A stretch of 64,000 nucleotides of DNA from an uncultured Bacteroidales bacterium (GCA_964447005.1 CAYUQP010000006.1:13640-77639), one strand, 5' to 3'; counted from the stretch's first letter, positions 1 to 9,397 are shown. A program made the numbers and translations. Notes: generated from the letters alone by a model not told the origin.

Positions 1-602
1 ATCGTCGTATTGGAGATTTTTTAAAAGAATTGCATCTTATAGAAGGGCGCAGTTCGGGATTTCCATTAATTCATCGTGCCCTTGAACAAAACGGCTCTCC
101 ACCTCCTGAATTAACTACAGATGCTGATAAAACTTTTTTTCTTGCTGTTATTAAATCACATCCTGCTCTTATAGGAGTTGGAATTAATAGTCTAGACATA
201 GAAACTGTCGATATTCCTGAAGGATTACTGGATGTCAATCATTTAGATGATGTTAAGACTCTCATAAGGTATTATGTGACTGCTGATGTTGACAGGGTCA
301 GTGATAGAGTTAGCGATAGAGTTAGCGATAGAGTTAACGATAGAGTTAGCGATAGAGTTAACGATGTAGCTGGAGATAAAGTAAGGAAGGTTATTGGAAC
401 AAGTATTGTCCCTCAATCAAGGGAAAAACTATTGGAAATATTAGGCTTAAAAAATCATCCTGATAATTATAATCGCTACATCAAACCACTAATTGAAGAA
501 GGATGGCTCGAAATGACCGAATCAGATCTAACAAGCAGGAACCAGAAATATCGGACTACAAAATCTGGGAAAATACTGTTTCAGCTAATTTCTAAAACTT
601 AA
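1..602 (+). CDS. C-terminal part (5' end outside window) of an AlbA_2/HATPase_c_4-type ATP-binding putative transcriptional regulator with a winged-helix-like tail
   Basis: Frame is open from position 3 (RRIGDFLKELHLIEGRSSGFPLIHRAL...), which is typical of RecG-like C-terminal HATPase_c_4 proteins. The listed M at position 30 is a TTG inside this frame. The tail reads REKLLEILGLKNHPDNYNRYIKPLIEEGWLEMT. Confidence 0.6.
   Translation, partial: RRIGDFLKELHLIEGRSSGFPLIHRALEQNGSPPPELTTDADKTFFLAVIKSHPALIGVGINSLDIETVDIPEGLLDVNHLDDVKTLIRYYVTADVDRVSDRVSDRVSDRVNDRVSDRVNDVAGDKVRKVIGTSIVPQSREKLLEILGLKNHPDNYNRYIKPLIEEGWLEMTESDLTSRNQKYRTTKSGKILFQLISKT
291..362 (+). repeat. In-frame 12-bp tandem repeat x6 (gatagagttagc/aac) encoding (DRVS/N)6
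   Basis: Read directly: gacagggtcagt, then five gatagagtta(g/a)c units. Confidence 0.95.
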
Positions 603-605
603 CTG

Positions 606-800
606 TTGCAAAAGCTATTAAAAAAATATTCTGTGTTTCGCTTAATAATTACGTTTCTCTTAAGTTTAATCTCGCATTCTGAGAAAGTAGCGTTCGACGA
701 TAGTGAACCTGACAGCGTCATCAATGAGCTTGTTTACCAGTTATATGGACTGACGGAGGATGAGATCAGGATTGTGGAAGGCCATCTTGAGCCTAAATAA
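606..800 (+). pseudogene. Probable C-terminal remnant of an N6-adenine DNA methylase / type IIG or type I R-M enzyme
   Basis: TTG-started 64-aa ORF. Only the tail (VINELVYQLYGLTEDEIRIVEG) resembles the conserved C-terminus of such methylases, and there is no catalytic domain upstream. Confidence 0.35.
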
Positions 801-860
801 AACTGTTTCAATATTAGTTTGTTATATAAAGATGTCGCCTAAAACAATAACTTCTTAACC

Positions 861-1274
861 ATGAACGAAGAACTTGACGATATTCTCCATTCCCGGAACA
901 TCAAACCAACCGCTATGCGGGAACTGGTTTTGAAAATCTTCTCGAAACAAACAGTTGCAATTAGCCTGGCCGATCTGGAACATCAATTTGAGAAAGCCGA
1001 CAGGATTACTTTGTACCGGACCCTTAAAACATTCGAAGCCAATAAGCTGATCCACCGTATCGAGGACGGCACCGGGTCTGTAAAATACGCCATGTGTAAT
1101 AATTCCTGCCTTTGTAATCCTGAAGATCTTCATGTGCACTTTCATTGCACTATATGTGGCAACACGTATTGCCTCGATGATAATATTATCCCTTCTGTGA
1201 TCCTTCCGGCTGATTTTGAGCTTCAGAGCATCAACATGGTTGTCAAAGGAGTATGTGCATCATGCCATAAATAA
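861..1274 (+). CDS. Fur-family metal-responsive transcriptional regulator (Fur/Zur-like)
   Basis: Winged-helix N-terminus (KPTAMRELVLKIF...ITLYRTLKTFEANKLIHRIE), HVHFHCTICGNTYCL and a C-terminal CASCH metal site. Confidence 0.85.
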   Translation: MNEELDDILHSRNIKPTAMRELVLKIFSKQTVAISLADLEHQFEKADRITLYRTLKTFEANKLIHRIEDGTGSVKYAMCNNSCLCNPEDLHVHFHCTICGNTYCLDDNIIPSVILPADFELQSINMVVKGVCASCHK

Positions 1275-1277
1275 CTT

Positions 1278-1292
1278 TGCAACACAGTTGCA
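1278..1292. promoter_or_regulatory. Perfect 6-3-6 palindrome TGCAAC-ACA-GTTGCA, candidate operator between the Fur-like gene and the czc-type genes
   Basis: Palindrome read directly, 4 nt after the Fur-family stop codon. Binding is inferred. Confidence 0.3.
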
Positions 1293-1369
1293 TGGATTTA
1301 ATATTTACTTTTGTGCTTTCGTTTTGATTAATAAAATTATAGGTGGACCAACTTCGTAAATATTTAAGA

Positions 1370-1738
1370 ATGCTTCCCGTCTGGATGGCTGCCTTGGTCA
1401 TTATCCTCCACCTTATTGAACCCCATGATCACCATAAGAACGAATTTAGTCATCAGGAACAGGATCATTGTTCAAATCCGACAGAACAATCCGGGAAATC
1501 TTCAGGTATGCCTGTTCATTGTGTGGTTCTGAATGATATTACGATTGAAAAGATCACATCGTCCTTCATCGCTGACCATCAACTGCCAACGATCGATCTG
1601 TTTTTTGATAGTCAGCCCGACTTTTACGCTAAAGATAATGTCCGTATAACATCATTATATATAAACTCTTCAGAGGGATTAACGGATAATGATTTTCACC
1701 TAATTCCCAACCTGCGGGCCCCTCCTTTTATCGCTTGA
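1370..1738 (+). CDS. Hypothetical His-rich membrane/secreted protein (an alternative GTG start lies at 1343)
   Basis: Hydrophobic N-terminus MLPVWMAALVIILHL followed by HDHHKNEFSHQEQDH, within a metal-resistance context. Confidence 0.5.
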   Translation: MLPVWMAALVIILHLIEPHDHHKNEFSHQEQDHCSNPTEQSGKSSGMPVHCVVLNDITIEKITSSFIADHQLPTIDLFFDSQPDFYAKDNVRITSLYINSSEGLTDNDFHLIPNLRAPPFIA

Positions 1739-1806
1739 CCTCCCAGTGATTTATTTTCGGGAATCAACATTCCCGGTTTTATTAACTATATGCAATGCAA
1801 TAGTTT

Positions 1807-2283
1807 ATGAAAAAAATAAAGCTGTCTGCAAAACAATTGCAGGAAGCGCAGATTCGAGAAGAAAAAAAATTCAACAGATCACTTATTATTTGGTTCAGCA
1901 TTCTTCTTTCAGTAGTGGTAATATCAAGCATTACGGCAATGAATTGGTGTGAGCTGAAATTTTATTACAGGAAAGTGTTTCTATACGGAAAAGAGGTATC
2001 TCCTGCGAATGTATGCATGTGCGGAAATAATCTGAAAATTCACAACAGTAAAAAATTCAGGTTTCATGAAAAAGAATTCTTTACATGCGACAGGCTATGC
2101 GCAGAGGATATTAAAATGAACTATGATTCATTAGCATTTATCCAGGATGCACTGACCGGTAAAACCATCTGCAAAGCCGATGCAATCATTGGTCTCAAGT
2201 CAAAAAGAGCTGTTGAAGTGATCTATTTTGAAAATGAAGAAAACTTAAGACATTACTATGATTCCTTAAAAACATTAAAATAA
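1807..2283 (+). CDS. Membrane-anchored protein with a YHS/TRASH-like Cys motif
   Basis: One TM helix (LIIWFSILLSVVVISSITAM), then CMCGNNL...FFTCDRLCAEDI, which resembles the C-x-C...FC-x3-C pattern of TRASH/YHS domains. Confidence 0.45.
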   Translation: MKKIKLSAKQLQEAQIREEKKFNRSLIIWFSILLSVVVISSITAMNWCELKFYYRKVFLYGKEVSPANVCMCGNNLKIHNSKKFRFHEKEFFTCDRLCAEDIKMNYDSLAFIQDALTGKTICKADAIIGLKSKRAVEVIYFENEENLRHYYDSLKTLK

Positions 2284-2292
2284 CTATCTCTT

Positions 2293-5200
2293 ATGATTGA
2301 AAAAATAATCAGATTTTCTATACGAAACAAGTTTATCATCGGTCTTTTCATTTTTGGACTGATTGCCTGGGGGACTTATTCACTGGTGCACCTGCCGATC
2401 GATGCAGTGCCGGATATCACCAATAACCAGGTGCAGGTTATTTCACTTGCTCCTTCACTGGCAGTGCAGGAAGTGGAGAGCTTCATTACGGCTCCGATTG
2501 AAGTATCTGTAGCCAATATCCCGGATGTTCTGGAACTGCGGTCCATTTCGAGGCTGGGATTATCAGTGGTTACGGTTGTATTTAAAGACAATGTTGATAT
2601 TTACTGGGCACGCCAGCAAATAGGTGAACGGTTACGTGAAGCGGAGGACCAGATCCCGCAAGGCTTAGCCAAAATTGAAATGGCGCCAATTTCTACGGGA
2701 CTTGGAGAAATTTTCCAGTACACGCTTGAATTAGAAGAAGGTTACAAAGACAAATACTCCATAAGGGATTTGCGGACTTACCAGGACTGGATCGTGCGCC
2801 GGCAAATGCTCGGAACGCCTGGTGTTGCTGATGTTAACAGCTATGGTGGATTTGTCAAACAATATGAGATTGCGGTAAATCCTTCAAGACTCAGGGCTAT
2901 GGGGCTTACCCTTACCGATATTTTTGAAGCACTTGAAAAAAACAATGAAAATACCGGAAGCGCTTATATTGACAAGAAACCTGTAGCCTATTTCATCAGG
3001 GGCATCGGTCTGGTCAAAACGCTTGAGGATATAGAAAATATCGTCGTGAAAAGCATCAATGGCATCCCGGTACTTGTTCGCGATGTGGCCACGGTCCAAT
3101 ATGGCAATGCAACACGGTATGGTGCTCTTGTTTCTGACACCAGTGAAGCGGTAGGTGGAGTGATCATGATGCTTAAGGGGGCGAATGCAAATGAAGTGAT
3201 CAAGGATGTCAAAGACAAGATTGCATCCATTCAAAAATCACTTCCGAAAGGTATCGAAATAGTCCCTTACCTGGATCGCACGCATCTGGTCAACCGGGCC
3301 ATTGGAACAGTTTCCCGGAACCTTATTGAGGGTGCCCTTATCGTGATCTTTATCCTGGTTTTATTGCTGGGCAATTTAAGGGCAGGATTGATCGTCGCCT
3401 CAGTGATTCCTCTTGCCATGTTGTTTGCAATAGGTATGATGAGGTTATTCGGCGTTTCAGGTAACCTGATGAGCCTTGGAGCCATTGATTTCGGACTGAT
3501 CGTTGACGGGGCAGTTATCATCGTGGAAAGTGTGGTTCACCGGATTTCCTTCAGCAAATCGAAATATTTAGGACTGAAAAGGTTGAACCAACAGCAAATG
3601 GATGAAGAAGTGTTCCAGGCTTCAAGTAAGATCAGGACTGCCGCAGCCTTTGGCGAAATAATCATCCTTATTGTTTATCTCCCCATCCTGGCTCTGGTCG
3701 GAATTGAAGGTAAAATGTTCCGCCCTATGGGCCAGGTTGTCAGTTTTGCCATCCTGGGCGCTTTCATTCTTTCACTAACCTGGATTCCAATGATATCTTC
3801 TATTTTCCTCAGCAAGAATACGGAACATAAGCGCAACATTTCAGACCGGATTATGGATTTCTTTCAGAAAGCTTTTCATCCGGTTATTATGTTTGCCCTC
3901 AGGCACAAATTGGCAGTAGTAATTACCTCAGTATTATTATTTATCGGTAGCCTGTTTATGTTCAACCGGCTTGGCGGTGAATTTATTCCCCAGTTGGAAG
4001 AAGGTGACCTGGCTGCTCTTGTGATCACTTTGCAGGGCGGATCTCCATCGAATACGGTTGAAGTGGTAAAAAAAGCAAATACCATATTACGCGACAATTT
4101 TCCGGAGGTCAAACATATTGTGTGTAAGATCGGACCAGGGGAAATACCTACCGATCCTACTCCGATGGAAACCGGTGACTATATCATCACCTTGAAAGAC
4201 AAGAGTGAATGGACCACCGCAAAAACCCGGGAAGAACTTGTTGAAAAAATGGAAGAAAAGCTTGCGGTTCTGGCTGGCGTGAAATTCGAATTTCAGCAAC
4301 CGATCCAACTTCGGTTCAATGAACTGATGACCGGATCCAGACAGGATGTGGCGATAAAGCTGTTCGGCGACAACCTGGATACCCTGGCACTAAAAGCGGC
4401 AGAAATAGAGGAAATGATCCGTAATACGCCCGGAGTGGAAGATATTAATGTGGAAAAAGTTACCGGACTTTCACAAATTCAGGTAGATTATAACCGGCAA
4501 AGGATGGCGCAATATGGCATATCTGTCGATGATATCAATAAAATCCTGAAAGCGGCATTTGCGGGAAGCTCTGCCGGAGTAGTATTTGATGAAGAAAAAA
4601 GATTTGATCTTGTGGTGCGGTTGGACAAAGAACATCGTCAGGATATTTCCGATGTCAAAAACCTGAGCATTGCATTACCTGATGGACGGCTCATCCCTCT
4701 CGACCAGGTTGCAGAAGTTGCCATCAAATCAGGCCCTGCTCAGGTATCCAGGGAAAATACAAAACGGCGCCTAACCATAGGTTTTAACGTTCGCGGCAGG
4801 GATGTAGAAAGCGTTGTAAATGAAGTTCAGGGAATCCTGGATTCAAGACTGAAACTGCCGGTTGGATATTATACGACCTATGGAGGACAGTTTGAAAACC
4901 TTGTTGCGGCGCGGGAGCGGCTTGCCATCGCAGTACCTGTTGCCTTGATTCTTATATTCGTATTACTATTCTTTACTTTCCATTCCGTAAAACAATCCAT
5001 ACTGATCTTTACAGCTGTGCCAATGGCTGCAATCGGTGGCGTGGTGGCACTTTGGCTGAGAGATATGAACTTTTCCATTTCGGCAGGCGTTGGCTTTATT
5101 GCACTGTTCGGCGTGGCAGTGTTGAATGGTATCGTTCTGATCGCTGAATTCAATCGCCTGGAGAAAGATGGAGTCTCGGATATCACTGAAAGGGTATTGA

Positions 5201-6681
5201 AAGGATTAAAAACCCGACTGAGGCCTGTAATAATGACAGCCGCGGTGGCATCATTTGGATTTTTGCCGATGGCTTTGTCAACCTCAGCGGGAGCAGAAGT
5301 TCAAAAGCCCCTCGCAACCGTTGTTATTGGAGGACTTATCACTTCTACCCTTTTGACGCTGGTCGTGTTACCGGTTTTATATATCCTTTTTTCCAAAGGA
5401 AATTTCAAGCTCCGGATCAAACGGAAAAAAATAGGGACTGCTTCTTTACTGGTATTATTAACAATAGGATTGCTATACAATGGTAAATTAACAGGCCAGG
5501 ACTCAAAACCGATTACGCTTCAGAATGCCATCAGGATGTCCATGGACAGTAATCTTGCCATAAAGTCCTCCGCCTTTTCGGTTGAAGCCCAAAAGACTCT
5601 GAAGAAGGCGGCATGGGATCTTCCTAAAACCAGCATTGATGCCCAGTACGGTCAGATTAACTCCTATATCAAAGACAACAGCTTTGCAGTTAACCAGTCA
5701 TTTGCATTTCCTACAGTCTACGTAAACCAGCAAAATCTGGCAGGTGCAAATGTAAACATTACTGAATGGCAACTGAAAGCGACTCAACTTGAAATTGCAG
5801 GGCAAATAAAGCAATTATACTGGCAGCTGGCCTACCTGTATTCTAAACGCGATTTATTATCTTACCAGGATAGCCTTTTCAGTGGTTTCTTAAGGGCAGC
5901 TGAACTCCGGGCAAAGACCGGTGAAACAAACCGGTTGGAAATGATCACAGCCCGCTCTCAAAGTCTGGAAGTTAAAAACCAATTGCAACAAACCAATGCG
6001 GATATCAGCATTCTTAGCCGAAACTTTAACACTATTTTAGGTGTCGAATCCGGGTATTATCCCGCTGATTCGGTACTGCGACGTGCTGACTTTACTCCGT
6101 CGTTTGATACTGCCTCACTTAGTTTTAATCCGACGCTTGGTTATTTGCAACAGCAGGTAGAAGTAGCCCGGATGGAAAAGAAACTGGAAAGCAGCAGGAT
6201 GCTGCCTGATCTAAATATTGGATTTTTTAGTCAGACTATGATCGGAATCCAGGAAGTTGACGGATCTCTGCAAACCTTCAGCAATGGAGACCGTTTTAAC
6301 GGCCTGCAGGCAGGCATTACCGTTCCGCTTGTGTTTGGTCCCTATTCTTCAAAAATCAAGGCTGCAAAAATTCAGGAACAGGTAGCACAAACGAATTCAG
6401 AATATTATGCCAGGTCTTTAACCGGGAGTTACAATTCCCTGCTGGATGAATACCGCAAATTTCTGAGCAGCCTGGAATATTATGAGCAGCAAGCTGTACC
6501 GGAGGCTGACCTGATCATCGAACAGGCAACAAAGGGCTATCAGGCCGGTGCGATGGATTATCTGGATTATATCCTTACCCTCAGCAGGGCATTGGATATC
6601 AAGCAAAATTATCTTGAAGCACTTAATAATTACAATCAGACCACCATTTCAATAGAATCAATTACAGGTAAAATATTTTAA
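2293..6681 (+). CDS. CzcA/CusA-family heavy-metal efflux RND permease fused at its C-terminus to a TolC/CzcC-like outer-membrane factor
   Basis: 1462 aa. The N-terminal ~1040 aa are a typical HME-RND protein (MIEKIIRFSIRNKF..., two large periplasmic loops). A hydrophobic linker (GTASLLVLLTIGLL) follows, then ~400 aa with OEP-type repeats (ITLQNAIRMSMDSNLAIKSS...YLDYILTLSRALDIKQNYLEALNNYNQT). Confidence 0.9.
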   Translation: MIEKIIRFSIRNKFIIGLFIFGLIAWGTYSLVHLPIDAVPDITNNQVQVISLAPSLAVQEVESFITAPIEVSVANIPDVLELRSISRLGLSVVTVVFKDNVDIYWARQQIGERLREAEDQIPQGLAKIEMAPISTGLGEIFQYTLELEEGYKDKYSIRDLRTYQDWIVRRQMLGTPGVADVNSYGGFVKQYEIAVNPSRLRAMGLTLTDIFEALEKNNENTGSAYIDKKPVAYFIRGIGLVKTLEDIENIVVKSINGIPVLVRDVATVQYGNATRYGALVSDTSEAVGGVIMMLKGANANEVIKDVKDKIASIQKSLPKGIEIVPYLDRTHLVNRAIGTVSRNLIEGALIVIFILVLLLGNLRAGLIVASVIPLAMLFAIGMMRLFGVSGNLMSLGAIDFGLIVDGAVIIVESVVHRISFSKSKYLGLKRLNQQQMDEEVFQASSKIRTAAAFGEIIILIVYLPILALVGIEGKMFRPMGQVVSFAILGAFILSLTWIPMISSIFLSKNTEHKRNISDRIMDFFQKAFHPVIMFALRHKLAVVITSVLLFIGSLFMFNRLGGEFIPQLEEGDLAALVITLQGGSPSNTVEVVKKANTILRDNFPEVKHIVCKIGPGEIPTDPTPMETGDYIITLKDKSEWTTAKTREELVEKMEEKLAVLAGVKFEFQQPIQLRFNELMTGSRQDVAIKLFGDNLDTLALKAAEIEEMIRNTPGVEDINVEKVTGLSQIQVDYNRQRMAQYGISVDDINKILKAAFAGSSAGVVFDEEKRFDLVVRLDKEHRQDISDVKNLSIALPDGRLIPLDQVAEVAIKSGPAQVSRENTKRRLTIGFNVRGRDVESVVNEVQGILDSRLKLPVGYYTTYGGQFENLVAARERLAIAVPVALILIFVLLFFTFHSVKQSILIFTAVPMAAIGGVVALWLRDMNFSISAGVGFIALFGVAVLNGIVLIAEFNRLEKDGVSDITERVLKGLKTRLRPVIMTAAVASFGFLPMALSTSAGAEVQKPLATVVIGGLITSTLLTLVVLPVLYILFSKGNFKLRIKRKKIGTASLLVLLTIGLLYNGKLTGQDSKPITLQNAIRMSMDSNLAIKSSAFSVEAQKTLKKAAWDLPKTSIDAQYGQINSYIKDNSFAVNQSFAFPTVYVNQQNLAGANVNITEWQLKATQLEIAGQIKQLYWQLAYLYSKRDLLSYQDSLFSGFLRAAELRAKTGETNRLEMITARSQSLEVKNQLQQTNADISILSRNFNTILGVESGYYPADSVLRRADFTPSFDTASLSFNPTLGYLQQQVEVARMEKKLESSRMLPDLNIGFFSQTMIGIQEVDGSLQTFSNGDRFNGLQAGITVPLVFGPYSSKIKAAKIQEQVAQTNSEYYARSLTGSYNSLLDEYRKFLSSLEYYEQQAVPEADLIIEQATKGYQAGAMDYLDYILTLSRALDIKQNYLEALNNYNQTTISIESITGKIF

Positions 6682-6683
6682 AT

Positions 6684-7952
6684 ATGAAAGCAATAAAATT
6701 TAGTTTCATCATTTTGATAATGATCAGTGTAGCGATACTTACAGGCTGCAAGAGTAATAAAACAGACGAACATGGCCATGCAGCAGACGCCCATGCTGAG
6801 ATTGCGGAAACTGAAAGCCATGAAGGCCACAATCATGAAGTAGGCGAAGAAGAAGGCGAAGGCGAACATGAAGAGTTGCCTGAAGATATCGTCGAAATGG
6901 ATGCCGACCAGATCAAAGTTGCCGGCATCAAATTAGGAAAAGTTGAGATGCGATTTGTCAGCGGTGTGATTAAAGCCAACGGATTGGTGACGACCGCACC
7001 ACAAAACTCGGCTTCTGTCAGTGTTCCGCTCGGCGGGTTTATTAAATCCACCAATCTTCTACCAGGCAGTTTTGTCAGCAAAGGCCAGGAACTTGCAGTC
7101 ATCGAAAATACTGATTTCGTGGATTTGCAGCAGGACTATTTTGATACAAAAAGTAAATTCGATTATGCGGAAGCAGAGTACAAACGTCACAATGAGTTAT
7201 ATAAAGATGATGTCTATTCGCAGAAGAATTTGCAGCAGGTCACCTCGGAATATCGTAGCCTGATGGCGCAACTCAAGGGGATGGAGCAAAAATTGATCAT
7301 GCTGGGTTTAAATCCTGCCACCCTGACAGAAAATGATATATCAGCATCCATTTCACTTCGATCCCCAATAAGCGGTTATATCAAATCCACGAGTGTAAGT
7401 ATCGGCAGGTATGCCGCTCCTGCCGATGTGCTGTTCGAGATCGTCAATCCTGACAATTTATTACTTGAATTGACATTGTTTGAAAAAGACGCCAACAGCA
7501 TATCTGTCGGACAGTTTGTGCACTTCTCCATCAATAATGAAACGCATGAGCATACGGCTAAGATCTACCAGGCAGGTAAGTCAATCAATACGGATAAGAC
7601 TTATAAGGTTTTTGCCAGCGTTCAGCAACCTTGTCCTAATGTGTTACCGGGCATGTATGTCCTGGCACATATTGAAGAAACCGACAAGCAGGTAGTATCA
7701 GTTCCTGCAGAAGCAGTGGTCGGCTTTGGAGACAAATACTACATCTTTATCTTTGAAAAAGACAAAGAGGAAAGTGGAAAGCCTTTTACGGAATATCGTT
7801 TTATTGAAGTTATCAAAGGCGAGACCAATGATGAATACACAGAAATTCAACTTCCTGAAGGATTTGACCTGGAAAATTCAAAAGTCGTCTTTAAAGGAGC
7901 ATACAATCTGTTATCAGCAAAAAAGAATGCAGGTGAAATGACCTGCGGATAA
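6684..7952 (+). CDS. Efflux RND periplasmic adaptor (CzcB/HlyD family) with a His/Glu-rich N-terminal tract
   Basis: Lipoprotein signal (ILTGC), HGHAADAHAEIAETESHEGHNHEVGEEEGEGEHEE, then MFP barrel/lipoyl-like motifs (ISGYIKSTSVSIGRYAAPADVLFEIV). Confidence 0.9.
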   Translation: MKAIKFSFIILIMISVAILTGCKSNKTDEHGHAADAHAEIAETESHEGHNHEVGEEEGEGEHEELPEDIVEMDADQIKVAGIKLGKVEMRFVSGVIKANGLVTTAPQNSASVSVPLGGFIKSTNLLPGSFVSKGQELAVIENTDFVDLQQDYFDTKSKFDYAEAEYKRHNELYKDDVYSQKNLQQVTSEYRSLMAQLKGMEQKLIMLGLNPATLTENDISASISLRSPISGYIKSTSVSIGRYAAPADVLFEIVNPDNLLLELTLFEKDANSISVGQFVHFSINNETHEHTAKIYQAGKSINTDKTYKVFASVQQPCPNVLPGMYVLAHIEETDKQVVSVPAEAVVGFGDKYYIFIFEKDKEESGKPFTEYRFIEVIKGETNDEYTEIQLPEGFDLENSKVVFKGAYNLLSAKKNAGEMTCG

Positions 7953-7969
7953 TCTTAAAAACATTTATT

Positions 7970-8296
7970 ATGAAAGAAATAAAAGCATTTGTAAAGCCTT
8001 TTAAGGTAAACGACATTTTTAATGAACTGCTGCAGGCTGGATATCCGAATTTGACTGTCTCCTTAACAGAAGGTACAGGACAACTCAAAGGAGATGATCC
8101 AACCATATCAACTAATTTTTCAATCACAAACAGTGTGGTTGCAAAACTTGAAATAATATGCAGTGATGTGGAAAGTATGAAAATTATCGAGATTATCCGG
8201 AATAAAGCCAGAACAGGAAATCCTGGAGATGGGATTATTTATATCACTGATGTTGAAAAAGTTGTTCACATAAGAACCAGCGATGAATTTCAATAA
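7970..8296 (+). CDS. PII (GlnB)-like signal-transduction-fold protein with a shortened T-loop, linked to the efflux operon
   Basis: MKEIKAFVKPFKVNDIFNELLQAG...ARTGNPGDGIIYITDVEKVVHIRT aligns by eye with GlnB (MKKIEAIIKPFKLDDV...TGKIGDGKIFV..V..IRT). Confidence 0.75.
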   Translation: MKEIKAFVKPFKVNDIFNELLQAGYPNLTVSLTEGTGQLKGDDPTISTNFSITNSVVAKLEIICSDVESMKIIEIIRNKARTGNPGDGIIYITDVEKVVHIRTSDEFQ

Positions 8297-8380
8297 TCAA
8301 TGATCAACTGTTGATAGAAGTTGGTTTAATTACAGGTCCTTCCGGTATTAAATCCGGAAGGACCTGTTAATCCTAAAAAT

Positions 8381-8803
8381 ATGAAAACAAATGAAATTAA
8401 AATTAAAACAGGTTATGAAAATCGAAATAGAATTATGCTAAAGCGGTTAGAAGAAATTGCAGAACAACATAATGGAAAATGTTTGACTTCTCATTACGAA
8501 AATATTCGTCAAAAGCTGGTTTGGGAGTGTCAGTTTGGCCACAGATGGTACTCTTCGGTCAATAGTGTTCTGTATTCTGGTTCCTGGTGTCCTAGATGTG
8601 CCGGAAACCAGAAATTGTCTTTAAAGGAGTTGCAACAACTTGCCGGAGAAAGAGGTGGCAAATGTCTGTCAACAGAATATTCAAATTCTAAGGATAAATT
8701 ACTTTGGCAATGTAAAAACGGACACCAGTGGTATGCCACTGCTTTCAGCATAAAAACAAGGGAAAGTTGGTGCCCGGTTTGTTACAAACTTAATATTTGT
8801 TAA
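8381..8803 (+). CDS. Protein with two tandem treble-clef/zinc-ribbon modules (DUF4379-like)
   Basis: Two repeats of C-x...L-W-x-C-x2-GH-x-W...SWCP-x-C (CLTSHY..WECQFGHRWY..SWCPRCAG and CLSTEY..WQCKNGHQWY..SWCPVCYK). Confidence 0.6.
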   Translation: MKTNEIKIKTGYENRNRIMLKRLEEIAEQHNGKCLTSHYENIRQKLVWECQFGHRWYSSVNSVLYSGSWCPRCAGNQKLSLKELQQLAGERGGKCLSTEYSNSKDKLLWQCKNGHQWYATAFSIKTRESWCPVCYKLNIC

Positions 8804-8848
8804 GCATGAAGAATTATTTTATTGTTTAAAATCTAAAAAATATAGAAG

Positions 8849-9397
8849 ATGAGAGCCATAGTAATTAATACAATCATATTATCTGGCATTTTTCTTTTTT
8901 TTTATGGTAAATGCTATTCCCAAAACGATTATCGTACAACAAATGGTTATGTTTTAGCAACTGGTTTTTACATTGACTCAACCTTTATAGCAGAAAGCCA
9001 TGAACTCGCAATCAAATATAATCCAAGTGATAAGACCATTTATGGTAATATTAACCTTCAATCCTTTACAAGCGGATTATACTTAATTGATAGCCTTCTT
9101 ACAAGCAAAGCCATGTCATTGACTATGAAGGGATACATCCCGGTTGATTTTCTAACATGGAATCATAGTGAATACAATTTTGACATACCATTAGAAATAG
9201 AATTCAATCAAAGAAAGATCATTACGGTGGCAAAAATGAAATTTAGTCATATTGATAAATTATTGAATTATACCTGTGTAATGGAGGCATCGTTTAAACT
9301 CAAATTATCAGATTTTGATATTAATATTCCAGAACAGGTTGGTCAGGATATCAACGTTCAGTTCTTTCAATTAATTCTAAGGCGTGCGGGTAAATAA
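8849..9397 (+). CDS. Hypothetical secreted protein
   Basis: Signal-like N-terminus. No motif recognised. Confidence 0.4.
   Translation: MRAIVINTIILSGIFLFFYGKCYSQNDYRTTNGYVLATGFYIDSTFIAESHELAIKYNPSDKTIYGNINLQSFTSGLYLIDSLLTSKAMSLTMKGYIPVDFLTWNHSEYNFDIPLEIEFNQRKIITVAKMKFSHIDKLLNYTCVMEASFKLKLSDFDINIPEQVGQDINVQFFQLILRRAGK

Noticed and set aside
2376-6606. Numerous 60-116-aa minus-strand ORFs inside the CzcA-CzcC fusion gene. Similar antisense ORFs lie inside the other long genes (9552-11456, 14141-17622, 34701-37865, 51099-53636, 53884-56172, 59602-61546).
   Set aside because: All lie fully antisense or out of frame within long, motif-rich coding regions. They have low-complexity, Ser/Arg/Pro-rich composition and no recognisable motifs, so they are shadow ORFs.
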